The position numbers and the translations under genes are program-made. The notes beneath the pieces were generated by a model. That model saw only the letters and a list, made by a program, of their open reading frames with translations. It ran no database searches and was not told the origin of the DNA. This document shows, one piece after another, positions 1-13,171 of a stretch of DNA of 64,000 nt. The stretch lies in the NCBI GenBank assembly GCA_051362555.1, contig CM120641.1, positions 33,548,401 through 33,612,400 on the forward strand. The letters run 5' to 3'. The stretch's first letter is position 1; each line of letters starts with the position of its first letter. This stretch comes from Lingula anatina (Eukaryota > Animalia > Brachiopoda).

Positions 1-230
1 GCGTCCAGCGAGTCCTGCCATGGTCCGTCTACGAGGTGGCTGCACTGGGGAAGCGTCCAGCGAGGCCTGCCATGGTCCGTCTACGAGGTGGCTGCACTAG
101 GAAGCGTCCAGCGAGTCCTGTCCAACGTTTCATGGCAACTGCAAGGAGAAGAGGGCCACGTGCACACTACCGATACAGCCCTCAATCCTTGGTGCCAGTG
201 AGTCCTGCCACGGTCTGTTGAGGAGGCTGC
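1..230. repeat. Short tandem repeat (~53-bp unit) with degenerate copies
   Basis: GCGTCCAGCGAGTCCTGCCATGGTCCGTCTACGAGGTGGCTGCACT recurs at 1, 54 and (partially) 105. A related segment at ~180-285 is paralogous to ~760-870. Confidence 0.8.
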
Positions 231-1584
231 ATTGGAGAAAGGTCTGAAGCATATGGTGTTTCACTGAGGCGGAAAAACCTGCAAGGTAACCCGTGTTACT
301 GGCGAGAACAATACACTAAAATTAATTTTTCAGCAGCAGTCTGTGCCATAAACTTTTCACCCTACTGGCCATTCAGTCCACCTTCTTTCCTAAAAACTAG
401 ATATAGATGTCTGAATCTTGATTCACTGGTTCGAATACAAAGTTCAATAGGACTAGACTGGATTGCATTAATATTTGTATTAACAAGACCTTGACATTTT
501 TCTCGAATCATGATGTAACAGTTACATTTAAAATAAATCAAAAGCTCTTTTTTCATACTTATAGAAAAAATCTAACAGCCATGTCACCAAATTGACACAT
601 TCTGGAAATCTACCGATTCCAACAATTTTTCTGGCTGCAGACTGCTTTTGATATACAATTTTTGAAAACTAATCAAATTTTCCTTTCTATTTACAGAACT
701 CAATTAGGGCAATTCCTGATAAAGTCCCGCTTTTTTGAAAGAGGTGCAAGAAGAGGGTCACATTCAATCCTTGGTGCATGGTTGAGTCCTGCCATGGTCT
801 GTATGTTAGGGGGCTGCATGGGGGAGCATCAGAAGCATATGGTGTTTCACAGAGATGGAAACCCTTAAAAGGTACATACCACTCTTGTTTTTTGGGGAAA
901 ACAAAACACTTAAGTGATTTTTCATACCTTGAAAAACTAAAGACCGTTAGCCACATTAATTTGACAGCTCAAATTCAGAAGGCAATGTCTTTTACCCATG
1001 ACCCACTCCTAGGATTAAGATATTTATGGTTAGTAGATTGGATTTGGGTGGGAGAAGTAAAGAGGGAAACTTTTGACTTATAATTTTTTTTTATTTTGTA
1101 GTTGAGGCAGATAGCATTGGCGAGCGCCTGTCCTGATGACGGTCCATTTTAACAAGGTTAACAAGGCTAAAATGGAGAAAGCCATGTCAGCTATATCATA
1201 TAGTGTTTCAAGAGCCCTTCAATAGTTGTGATTAGAGAGCATTCAAGGTAAGTTATGGGACAGGATAAGGGTAAATGAACTAGATTGTCATTCATTGTAT
1301 AGATAATACAGATCTTTTATCAGTGCAACTCCAACAAACTGAGCATTTTGTGCAAGGTCTTAGACAATTGTTTTAAGAATGTTTGGGACCTGTCACTCGG
1401 TGCAGGCCTTTGTTTTCCATTTACAATTTACTCTAGCAAATTCAGTGCTCATTTTTCATAGGTAAAAAGCTCTTTTAATTTGTCACAGATGTGGAAAAAC
1501 CTTATCATTCATACAAAATATTTTGACATGCCATTCGTCAACTTTCAGATCCTCAACAGTCTCAATATTCTGCAGGACGTTGTC

Positions 1585-1730
1585 AATGGTCCAGATTACT
1601 TGGAGCTACCGCCCCCACCACCCATCACCACCAATGTGACTCCAGGGCGTGGTTACTGGTCCAGATTACTTGGAGCTACCGCCCCCAACACCCACCACCA
1701 ATGTGACTCCGGGACGTTGTCACTGGTCCA
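1585..1730. repeat. Tandem duplication, ~70-bp unit
   Basis: TGGTCCAGATTACTTGGAGCTACCGCCCCCA...CACCACCAATGTGACTCC occurs twice. Confidence 0.85.
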
Positions 1731-4700
1731 GAAATTGTATACTAGCAACTACCACCCCCACCTCCAGTGCTGTGGTTGTGGTAATAAAAGGCCACCGTAG
1801 AAGTGAGTATTTATTTCCATCTCTCTATATTGTTCAGATTGTTAGGCATTTTCCTGGTTTATATGCCTCCCTTTACGCCTCTTGTTCTCCAGTCACTTTC
1901 TTTTTGTAGAATCTTGGCACTCTCCCAATCAATGTTTTTTGTGATGGTTCGTTGTAGCAGAAGGCTACCTTGGGCTGTAGTGTATTTTTCCCTCTTCGGG
2001 TACCCTTTCTTATTCCTTCCCGTGTTCTTTAACTCTAACGTTCAACTTTCTCTTTGTCTCTCCCATATAAGTCCTTCACAAATTAAACACTTAATGGAAT
2101 ACTAGTACACTCCTCCCGCTGGATCTAGATTGTTCAGGCTTTACTTAAACTTGTCTTTCCTTTGTTAAAACTAATTTGTGCAATACCCCATTGTGACATT
2201 AAGTCTGAAGGTCGCCAGTGGCATGTCAAAATATTTCGCTTGAATGTTTTTTCCAAGTTTGTGACAAAAGTGCTTTTGATATTTATTTCCCATCAAACTG
2301 CTGAAACTTTAAAAACACATTTCATATACAAATGGTTGACTTTTATTACATTTTGAAGTAATAATTTAAATTTGCAGGCTACCAAAAGTGGTGGATTCTA
2401 AAAATGAAGATTGCAACTACCAAACCTCCAGATGAAACACTTCTTCAGGATTGAGGGATCTTTATACAGATAACTTTGTAAGTTATTGGGGATCAACAAC
2501 TTAAGAAAAGTGGTTCTGAATTTTTTAAGTATTATTATTGGTGTATTATGGCATTTCTTATTATTGACAGTGATCAAAAACTATATCCTATGTAAACAAA
2601 CAGTAGAATTAGAAGTAGCACAGACAGTCAACAATTTAACATGTAGGCTAACATTACAATATTCAATATAGCAACATCTTTTCTTACTTTTTTGTCAAAT
2701 GTTTGAAATAATTTATTTTTTGAAGACTGCTGTCTACTTACTCTAAAAAGATAATATATATATTTCAATAAAGGAAGCATATTTCACTGTACATTTGGAA
2801 ATAACGCTCTGATCATTTTAAGAACCAAGCTTTTCATTAATGTTAACGGTGTGTAAATACCAGTGATATACTTTCTTTGTTGCAGTTACTGCAAGCTTTC
2901 GATATAGCTTTTCATACTTTTGAGTAAAAGTTGGATTTCATTTGTAGGCTATGAATTGGCAGTTTTCCAATAATTACGCCTGCATGATGTCAGATAACGT
3001 CGACCCAAGACCAAATGTCCAAGATGTTAAACACTGTACAGCGTTAGCAAGGAGCCCTGTGGACACTTTCATCGATGCTCGGACATCCCACGAGTTTTGG
3101 TGTTGAAGGACACGGCTTGTTCTGCAAACAAATATAGAGAATGTGGAATGGTAATGAAGGCAATATACAGTACTGAATGTAGTGGGAATACAGTCTAATA
3201 ATGTATCAGTCTTTTGGATGCTGAGAATATTTGGGGTTCATGGGTCACAAACATGTCAAGGTGAAATTGCATCAAATTTCATTTGTATTTTATGCCTTAT
3301 GCAGTGAACCATTTTATTTCAATAACAGAAGAGAAAACTGAGGTTCAAGATAATTCTTCATTCCATACAAGATCAATTGAATAAGATGTGTGCTTCTGTA
3401 GGAAAAGTCTACCTCTACAGTTGCTATAATTATTATATTAATAAATTTGAATATAGAGTTGCTTTATCCACATTCTGAATGCAGATAGTTTTTTGCTCAC
3501 AAAAACATTCCCACCACTTGTGGTCGTCTGTGTTTCGTTTCAATCTGAGATGGTCATTTTTCAAATTTGTGCTTTTGATGATGTGGAGTTGTTTGTCAGT
3601 ATGGCATTTGAAAAGGTCTTAACCTGCACACTAACCTTACTAACAAACCCTCACATCTTTGTAAAATCTGACTTCATGTAAACGCTTTTACATGAAGAGA
3701 TTTTACATTGATAGATTGTGCAAAATCTGTAATGAAATATTTTACGTGTGAGAAAATATTTCATTATATTTTTTGTACAGTCTGCTCTTCTTGAGAGATG
3801 CTGTCATCTCTCAAGATAGAGATCACATTACTAATATTCAGATTTTCTCAAGTGTTATAGTTGACAAATACATCCACTTCATCACATATGCACCTTTTCT
3901 CCGGATCAAAAAAATTCAGATTGAAATTTACATGGGCGGTCATACAGTGTAATGTGAGATCCGAAATATTTTGAAGCAAGCTTGCTTTATTCTGTACTTG
4001 TATCATGCAGGTAGTTGCGATTTCAGTGCAAAGTTACATTTTAGAAACCTGGTATTTTAAGTCGAATTATATATCAAAGTTTAGTTGAAATCATTGATAT
4101 TCCCGAGTTATAATCATATTACTTGAATCTGTTTGCATTTTATCATAAAGAGAACTATAATCAAGTTTTGAAAGATGCTTGCAGTTGTAAAATGATCAAC
4201 TTTATTTATGGTTTTAATTCTCCAAGATAAAGTCAAAATGATTCTGTTTAATTGTTATGTCTCTTGTTAGTTTTTTAATGGCTTCAGTGCCGTTTTCTGT
4301 AAGAATTACTTTAATAAGTTTTTATGCTTCCCCTCGTGTATAGTATATATAGAGAATAGTTGGTCAAGACAAAGGTTATTCCGTCACACAATGCTGTCTA
4401 AAACGGGACGATTCTTGAACTGTACGCAGCGCCGTGCCAATAGAAACCGATTTCGTCATGTTATAAGGACCGAATTATCCGGGCGTGGGCACTTTCCCGG
4501 CATTCCCCACGAAGGGTTTAGACGGGTTTTTCCCCACGGCCCGAGAGCATCTGGTACCAGTTTCCGACCACAAGACCTGCATTATCGGACTGTGTGCGTT
4601 CCGACGCTAGATGAAGACGATGGAAAATCTTAGAACTTTTGATAATACTGCTATGTATTAATTCATTGCGTTTACGTAGTTCATTACTGATTATTAGTCC

Positions 4701-5043
4701 TTTTTAAATCAACTGTAAATATTCAAAATTGTACATAATAGTTGAATAAAAAATATTCTATAATTTTCTTTTTTTCTTTTTTTCTTTTTTTTTTTTTTGT
4801 AAAAAAAGTGGTCGTGTACAGATCGCTAAAAAAAGCGAGACTTGCAAATTTAAATGGACTCGCATGTATGCTCGTTTAATCATTAGTAGAAATTGTCCTC
4901 TTTCGCCTCTCACTTAAACTTTTACAATCTCGTCATTATTTCTGTCACTCCAAATTCTTCCATAAAACTAGCCGATGTCCAGGTAATGAGTTGAATTTTG
5001 GTTTTTGGATACTAAGCTGTGGTGCTGCGTTACTTTGCTCTCC

Positions 5044-5178
5044 CGGGCCCCGTAACTCGAAAGCAGCGCGCATTGCGACCGAGCGCAAGCGTCTCGATTC
5101 CATTACTTGTCCATGCTCGCCCCATGTAATACACTGTAGCCGTTCGCAATACGCGATGCTTTTAAGTTACGGAGCCCC
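5044..5178. mobile_element. Small MITE, PIF/Harbinger-like termini
   Basis: Imperfect inverted repeats GGGCCCCGTAACTCGAAAGCAGCGCGCATTGCGA / TCGCAATACGCGATGCTTTAAGTTACGGAGCCC. Confidence 0.55.
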
Positions 5179-5356
5179 AGGAATAACTCGAGCCGTTACC
5201 TAGACTTTCCTGAGTCAAATTAGAGAAGTAACTATCTTACTTAAATAAATCCCACAGTAGATTTAAGAACCCAACACCCCTTAATGTTAACGAAGGGGTA
5301 CATTGTGTATAAATGTATATGTTCTTGACTATAACACAAGTAAAACGAGAAAAAAA

Positions 5357-5965
5357 CTAGTTTTTTCCCATTCCTGTGCCATTGTTATCCTTATCTACTG
5401 GCACTTTTTTTTTTTTTTTTTTTGCTGTGGGAATTGAGGCCCAATTTTTATATAAATGTATATAGCAAGCAAAACTAGACAAAACCAAGATTTTTTCCAT
5501 CCTTGTGCCATTATTGTCATTATCTACTGGCACTATTTTATATTTGCTGAGGGAATTAAGGTCCAATTTTTTTTTTCTTAAGAACACCTCACTCCCATCC
5601 CTGTAGCATAATACTTGCCGATTGCATTTGTTTTGAGAATCAGATTTTATATAAATGTATAATGCAAGCAAAACTAGACAAAACCAAGAATTTTCCCATT
5701 TCTGTGCCATCACCGGTGACATGTACCAGAAAGTCCCCCATGACAGAGAGTCCGCTTCCCATTCATTTGTACAAGTGAGCCTCGCCCTAGATTTTGACCT
5801 ACTTAGGTCAAACTAACCCTAACTATATGGAGGACGGACTTTCTGTCACACGGACCCTCAGTTTCATGGCACCGGCCTTATCTACTGGTACTCCTTCATA
5901 TTTGCTGTGGGAATTGCGGCCCAAAATTTTTATTTTTAAGACCCCCCCCCCCCATTCCCGTAGCA
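5357..5965. repeat. Degenerate tandem repeat with an embedded inverted-repeat MITE (~5715-5850)
   Basis: TTATCTACTGGCACT...TTTGCTGTGGGAATTGAGGCCCAATTTT recurs at ~5390, 5520 and 5880. Inner inverted repeat TGACAGAGAGTCCG / CGGACTTTCTGTCA. Confidence 0.6.
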
Positions 5966-7602
5966 AATGACAAAATTTAGTTATTACAAATCAGTTACAC
6001 AAATCCACCTTCTTCAAGGCGGGCACTCCTAATAACACCCTGTAATCTAGTTTTAACAGATTACTGGCTTCGAAACAAAGGACATTAAAATTTAAACTGC
6101 AAGGTGTGAAGCATTATCTGAACAACTTGTACAACTTGGCTTCCCATGTCTGAATTTTATCAAACAATGGCTTCCTCTGATTGAGTTAATACAACAACAT
6201 GTATGAAAGTTTTAAAAGTACTAATTACACTTTTTTCTATACACTATGGTTCCTGACATATTCCTCCTTTTCCCAAACAAGAAAATGGAATTTATATGAC
6301 ATTTTTCTTACGGTGTGGTTATTGCCATTGAAATATATACTTATATTACATTATATACATTAAAGATTTTAATAACAGTCACATAAGCCTTTTGTGGAAA
6401 TAACCTGTACATACACCATAGTATTTACAACTTATAATAATAATATAAACATTACCTTTAAAATTATGTACTTTGACGGATGGAATAGCAATAACACGGC
6501 TATAAGCGCCATTAAGATATATACATTGCAAGTTTTGGTATAAGCGTCACTATAAAAAGTATATACATTAAAAGTTACAATATACCAATGATAATAATGT
6601 GGAACATATATACAATGAAAGGTTTGACGACAGTTGAAGTAATATACTAATAATAATGATTCAGAACAGGCAACACCTTGAATAAGCAAATGTAAAACAG
6701 TGCTGAGAGCCGGCTGCGCCAGCCTCTCCCTATTTTTTTTTTTTTTTTTTTTTTTTTTTCATATTAGGAAGAGGGACATAGGTTTATCCAATTGCTCAGA
6801 CAGCACAAAAAAAAAAACATAAAAATCGAGTTGTCTCTCGACCATTTGCTTTTTACAATTCTTTAGTTTTAATATATATTTGTCAGTTCTTTGTTATTAA
6901 TTCATAGTCTACATGTATATCTTGCGCGTAGTCACTTGCGTAGTAAGGGCCTCTTCGTAAAATCACGAAAAGACGTAGCCCACGATGACGATAGGAACGG
7001 TGCTGATCACGGCCCAGCCGCGTCGGAGATTGCAGGTTGCCGGAGCGTTACGTAGGTGAAAGACGACTTGAATGCTGAAGATCCATGATGCCTCCGTCGG
7101 TGGAAAATCCCTAGCTATCACACCACACCCTCGTTGTCTTATCGTAGGGCCCGAATTGAAGACGAAATGAGCGTTGTGTAGATCTCAGTGCCTGGTCTAT
7201 GTCGCGCCGTAAACCCGAAAGTACGAAAAACAAAAAACGCTCCCCGAGTGGGGAAAAATTAATTTCAAAAATATGATAACCCTATGAAAAGTAGAAAACA
7301 TCTTCTTTTCTTCCCGCCACTGTTAATCTGAAACAAATACATGCAAGGTCAAAGATTTAATATAAGCTTATTATGATTGCCATACATTTCTAACTACACA
7401 GGTGATATGTACTCATCTCCCAATGTACTCATTAACTGTACACTGCCTGTGTTCTTATTTTGTCTGAGTATTGACTGGCTATGCAACCCTGTTAAGAGTC
7501 ACCAAGTTGGCTGGTCTGGTATACCAAGCTACAACTGTGTCCCCTGGGTCAATCCCGTCTTAATACTGGACGTAAACATCTCTCACACATTACTCACTAA
7601 TA

Positions 7603-8048
7603 ATAAGGTCGCGCGTCAAGGTTATTTTCAGTTGCACCCTGGATTACGCACGTTTGCTCCGCAAGGTGTCGCCTGTGGTGGGGGGGGGGGGCATCACAGC
7701 CCATATGGTTACTGTGGCGAAGGTGACAGGTACTTCCAAACATTTTTTCATAACTGTCATTTTTCCTTATTCTATTCATGAATTTGATATTTACGGCAAT
7801 TGAAAATGTGGCGGCGGCAAAAGTGAATCTAGGTGCGTTGACAGGCCGCACAGGTGTCCCCAATTAACCGCCGCCAGAGAAGAGACCCCAAGCATTAAAC
7901 AACACAACCGGTAGATATTGGAAATTTGGAGAAAGTTAAGCAACTGAGGCTTTATTAGATTTGGACAGAAATCGGGGGTAATGCCCAGTGACATGCCAAA
8001 CCCCCTAAGTTCAAATCTTGGCCCTTGACACCTGTAACGCACCCCTTA
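7603..8048. mobile_element. Possible MITE inside the LTR element
   Basis: Weak inverted termini TAAGGTCGCGCGTC / GTAACGCACCCCTTA, GC-richer interior with a poly-G run. Confidence 0.35.
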
Positions 8049-10774
8049 GTCAAGAATCTGAACAAATCAATGTTGGGCAGGTACATGTACAGGGTATACT
8101 CTATTTTCTACAGGTGTTTTGTGATTTTATCAACTTGATTGTCAAGTGCCAGACCTTTTGTTCTCAGGTACTAGTAGCAAACTTTATCAGATAACAATCT
8201 GACACTTACCAAGCTGCACTAACAGCGCTGTAAACCCAGTTATCAATGCTGTCATCTTTACCTGTATCTTTACTGGTATTATGCCAGTGGTACTGTTTGA
8301 TACATTTGAGTAAGGAAATATGCTTTTATGCTTACATTCATTTGTAATACGTTAGCATCAACCTGTAAATAAAAACTTGGAAACTTTCAATGTTATTACA
8401 CAATAACAGTATAATGATGGGAGATGTTATGATTAAATGCTTAGAAGAATAATAAAAACAAATTATGTGAAATATAAAATGAATTGATTTTATTTGGGTT
8501 ATTTATTTATTTATTTATTTCAAACCAATTAATTATCAAACATGAAGCTTATTTTAAGAAACATTCGCAGATACCTGTATATGAAATATAACCCTGCTGG
8601 TACACAGATCTACAGTTCTAAAATGCAAATACCAAGTACCTTTCACACACCACTGATGAGATGTGAATAATCATATGTATAAAGTAGTAAAAATATCACA
8701 AAATGTGTGTAAGCAAGGTATTTTTACAAGTAACCTCATTAATCAGTCAGGAAACTTCATAATGCACCCAATAAATGTAGAAATTTGAGCTAGAGAAATT
8801 CTACATACAGGCATGACAGATTTACCATATATTGCCATCAACCCTTAACTGAATGGGCATAGAAAGAACAAAGTGAGTCTCCCTCCCATTAAAAATGAGA
8901 AATAAAAATAAATAAATAAATAACAGATACTGTCATTCTTAATACTGAAAAACAATGGCACCTTGCAGCCTTCACTGCCTCACTATTTGCAGACAATGTT
9001 CTAGTCACTGTAACTGTGTACTTTTGATGAGGCATAGATGCAAGAATAACTTCTTTGAAGTATATTGTGAAGGTCTCTTTTGTCATAAATCTGCCATGTA
9101 TAACCTGAATGAACATATTGCGATTCACACCGCAGCAGCTTGTCTTAGTAAGGACTCAACCAGTTTGAAAACTTGTGGCATAGCTTCAGGGACAAGATCA
9201 CACCATCTATCCTTGCTGTGATGATGGATCTACTAGTACATTATCTATGTCTTGTCCTCCTAGTTTCTGTAATACCATTTCCGCTGATCTATATGCTCAC
9301 ATCAATCTCTACAGCTTTACCAACTGCTACACAGTTTTTACATCTGAAAGTATAAAGCAAAAATTGTAATAAAGCACTATCAATTTACTTGTTAGATATT
9401 GATTCGAGGGCAAGAGAAAAATGCAGAAACCTCATATGATAATCAAGATAATTGAAAATCAAATATGCATAATCAAATTAATAGCTTTAATTGTACATAC
9501 TACTGATGATTTAATCTTTTAAACTTCAGCATAAATTTCTCTTGTTAAAGCATAGACACTTCATTAAAATGTGCTTGAACAAATAATAATAATAATAAAC
9601 AACCTGCACACAAGATAGAACATGGAGGTCAATTGCCACAAAATAAGTTGATTTGTACTTGGTAGCCTGAGAAATAGTATCAGGTATTAATTTGAGCAGT
9701 AAATTGAGTAATAATACCACAGAGTTAACAATGACACAAGCATATGGTGTTGTGTAACAAAATTCATGCATTACTTGTTGTGGCAGTGTCCTCCCCAACC
9801 TATCGTGCACCGCAGGTTTTGATTTTCAATGTCATCAAAAATGTTTATTGTTGTTAGTTTGATTTACGTATCTGCTATTCAAATAATATCGTTTGGAAAA
9901 TAACTAACTCATTTAATTATGCTTTTGCAACATGAAATCATCATTAACTTTGCCGGTTCACGTGTATACAGTACCTTGCTATCAGTGCTGCTCTTTTCTC
10001 CCTAACTCGTCACTGACAGGCTAACCACATCGTTTCATAACAACGCTGGTATGCTCCTTTACTTTTGTTGTTGGCAGTTTCGCCCCGGGGACATCGTTTT
10101 TGGTTAAAAACAACGTATCGTTTTCACCCATCTATACATTGCTCCTGTACAAAATGGCCGCTTGCTGCCCCCCCCAAGGGAAAAATCGTAGCACGTGGGT
10201 AGTTACGCAAGACCTGTGACGTATAACGCGCGCAAGGTTATTAAACCCAAAATGTACTGCGCATGCTGGCTCCTATAATCCATATCCATCTCCATGGTAT
10301 ATATCCACTGACCACTTTAGGTCCCAAAAATTTATCCCCTACCTCTAAGGAGAACACAACACCGGCTTTCTCCAGCCAAACATCTCCAACTCCAGGAGAT
10401 TATTTACCGACAATTACCTGTCAATTATTTCCCTTAAATACGCACCGTCCTTTCTTGTCCGCAGTGAAGCCAAAAAGTTAACAAGCCACCGATCCCACCA
10501 AGTCAAAGAACCCACAGATTGTCTGAGACGAATGAGCACCCTTCGCCCAGACCAACCGAACCTGCCCTGGCCAAAGCTGGCACGGTTGCCTGAAAATCCC
10601 TTAACCCACGGAAAAGGTTGAGACTTTTCGTTATCCATTATGGTCACGAGGATAATTATGCCTCCAAACACACAACTCAGAATAATACTCAGAAAAATAT
10701 TTTAAACCGCAGGGTAATTCAACTTCTCCACCCCTGTGAGAAGGAAAACCTAAGAGATTATTTACACCCACTCT

Positions 10775-11150
10775 TCTCAGACTGAAACTAATCTTCGTCC
10801 ACACACGACCTCTCTCCAATGCAGAGACAATTCCTTCGTCGGATCAATCATGTTCTTATGGTTATGACTTTAGCGACCCCAAAATCTCAGAATGAATTCT
10901 ACATCAACAAGAAACCATGACCGGAAAAAAATATTAATTTCTGCCTTTTTACTGTTACACACAGCACCACAAACACAAAAACGTCAGACTGAAACTAACT
11001 CTTCCTCCAAACAAGACCTCTCCCTACTGCAGTGCCAATTCCTTCGTCAGATCCATCATGTTCTTATGGTTATGACTTAAAAGATCCCAATATCTCAGAA
11101 TGACTTCTACAACAACAAGAAACCCTGACTGAAGAAAAAGATAAGTTTCT
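10775..11150. repeat. Tandem duplication, ~210-bp unit
   Basis: CAGACTGAAACTAA...CAATTCCTTCGTC..GATC.ATCATGTTCTTATGGTTATGACTT...ATCTCAGAATGA occurs twice. Confidence 0.8.
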
Positions 11151-12300
11151 GCCCACCATACTATCACACAACACAAAAACACACCCCCATCCAAGCACCT
11201 TATTCCTTAACTGAATATATCTTATATATCAGACAAAATTACAATCATAACAATATCAAAATAACTACATATTTCTACAGATAAATACCTTTTTAAACCT
11301 GTTTCGATTTTTTTTCAATATATATACATATTTTACCTTCTTAAATGTGCATATAACATAGTTGTCGGTTCCTTCTATAACCTCAACAATTTTAATAACA
11401 CTTTTCCACTTACCTTAGAACGATACAGTGTTATTTACCTTTCCTCCAGTTTTCATCTTGCTTTCCTTTCCTACCTGTTCCTGTGTTTTCTTCAAAGTTT
11501 CGCAGCGAAACTGTTGAGTGCTGTTACAACCTGGAATCCTTACATTTCTTTCCATGCATATAATTTTAAGACCAAGGCGAGCTACGCCACTTGTGGGGAA
11601 CCCCCTTAAACCATCCCGGGGCCCCCACATTACATAAAATAACCTTTTTATAATATAACCCCCAGGGTTTGTGCACAATGGGCTCAAAACTTTGGATAAC
11701 GCTATCTGTAATACTGCTACAGAGATTCCCAGGTTCCTTGTCTTAAATTCTGCACACGGAAAAGAATGAAACGACTCCATGTTGTAACTTCAACAGAATA
11801 TATTTTGCTACACTAAAAGTTACATGATACAAGTATGTCCTCTCTCTCCTTCTCTCTAGCTCTCCAGTCTCCATTCTACATACTACTCTCTATACCTTCT
11901 ACATCTTACTCTTCATTACCATCTCTTTCTCTAGATTTCAGTTTACAGATTTCTTTATACTAAACTTTATCAGTTAACCTGTCCATCACGTAGCTTAGAA
12001 ACTGATTGGTTACTTCATACACAAATCCACCTTCTTCCAGGTGGGCACTCCTAATAACACCCTGTAATCTAGTTTTAACAGATTACTGGCTTCGAAACAA
12101 AGGACATTAAAATTTGAACTGCAAGGTGTGAAGCATTATCTGAACAACTTGTACAACTTGGCTTCCCATGTCTGAATTTGATCAAACAATGGCTTCCTCT
12201 GATTGAGTTAATACAACATTATGTATGAAAGTTTTAAAAGTACTAATTACACTTTTTTCTATACACTATGGTTCCTGACAGCGGGGGTGTCGTGTGAGAG

Positions 12301-12474
12301 GGGGCCGTAGCAATAGTCCGAAGGTTCAATAGTCCGAAGGTTCATTGGTCCGAATATTCACTATAGAACCTTCGGACCAATGAACCCTTGATTAAAAAAA
12401 TCGATGAAAATGTTACCACATTTCGGACCAATGAACCTTCGGACCAATGAACCTTCGGACTATCGAGACGCCCC
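12301..12474. mobile_element. Mutator/foldback-like MITE
   Basis: Flanked by the direct repeat CGTGTGAGAG (12291-12300 and 12475-12484; 9-10-bp TSD). GGGGC...GCCCC ends. Arms are inverted arrays of a 16-bp unit (AATAGTCCGAAGGTTC / GAACCTTCGGACCAAT). Confidence 0.8.
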
Positions 12475-13116
12475 CGTGTGAGAGTGAGACACAGATTTCA
12501 TTATTTGTATTGTATATACACCTACGTGTGAAATACATTCAGCGTTTTCATACCTTAACTTTTTTGTTTAAAAAGAAAAAAATCACACATTTACTTCGGA
12601 GGGAAGAATCAATGTTAGGCTATAATAGTTTTTGAAGGGAAACCACGCATGCCTCTCCCCTAATTGTGATTGACAGTGTCCTTGCATCTTGTTGACATGA
12701 TATCAACTTGAAGTTTACTAACCTGCCCCAGGCCGTCATTGAACGACCTTGTCCGCGTACACTGGAACACTTATCCACAATATACACTGATCCACAATGC
12801 ACTTTGAAGAAACTTTCATTTCATATCTTGTTTCACAGATGATGACAATAAAGATAAAGTGATAATACATTTTTGCTATTAATATTTATGTGGAGTTGTC
12901 CAGTTTTTTTGGTTGCTTTGATTTTGCAAGGAGAAAGGATAACGAAAAGATAATATGCTTGGTGTGATTTTTAAATTAAAATGTTTTAGTTACTATTTAT
13001 AATTGCTTAAATATTTTAACATTTCTTTGATTTGCTTGAAAGAAGATGGCATGCAGCGACCCATAGTTCCCCTATTCACAGTTCAGAACTGGCATGGTTT
13101 AAAAAAACTTTCGCGT

Positions 13117-13125
13117 GTGTGTTTG

Positions 13126-13157
<32 letters not shown>

Positions 13158-13171
13158 GGGGGGGGGGGGGG
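13117..13171. repeat. (TG)n microsatellite followed by poly-G
   Basis: Read directly from the sequence. Confidence 0.95.

Larger units (their letters stand above)
5996..12280 (-). mobile_element. Non-autonomous LTR retrotransposon (LARD-like), 3' LTR truncated
   Basis: 263-bp direct repeats at 5996-6258 and 12018-12280 with about 6 differences, both starting TGTCAGGAAC on the - strand. Polypurine tract GGGAAAAGGAGGAA (6261-6274) lies 2 nt before the 3' LTR. Candidate 5' LTR end ...GTTACAACA (11780) is followed by TGG (PBS-like, tRNA not assigned). No gag/pol ORF inside. Confidence 0.7.

Noticed and set aside
5727-5760. GAAAGTCCCC...CAGAGAGT resembling the RNase MRP conserved region
   Set aside because: It is part of an inverted repeat pairing with CGGACTTTCTGTCA at ~5836, and no matching P4 3' strand was found.
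7075-7110. CTGAAGA...hairpin...GAAA as a hammerhead ribozyme
   Set aside because: Stem II does not close in register with GAAA, and no stem I/III with an NUH site was found.
6945-7236. GC-rich block ending in an A-rich tail, possible SINE or ncRNA
   Set aside because: No recognisable Pol III A/B boxes, no second copy in the window and no TSD; cannot be supported without a database search.
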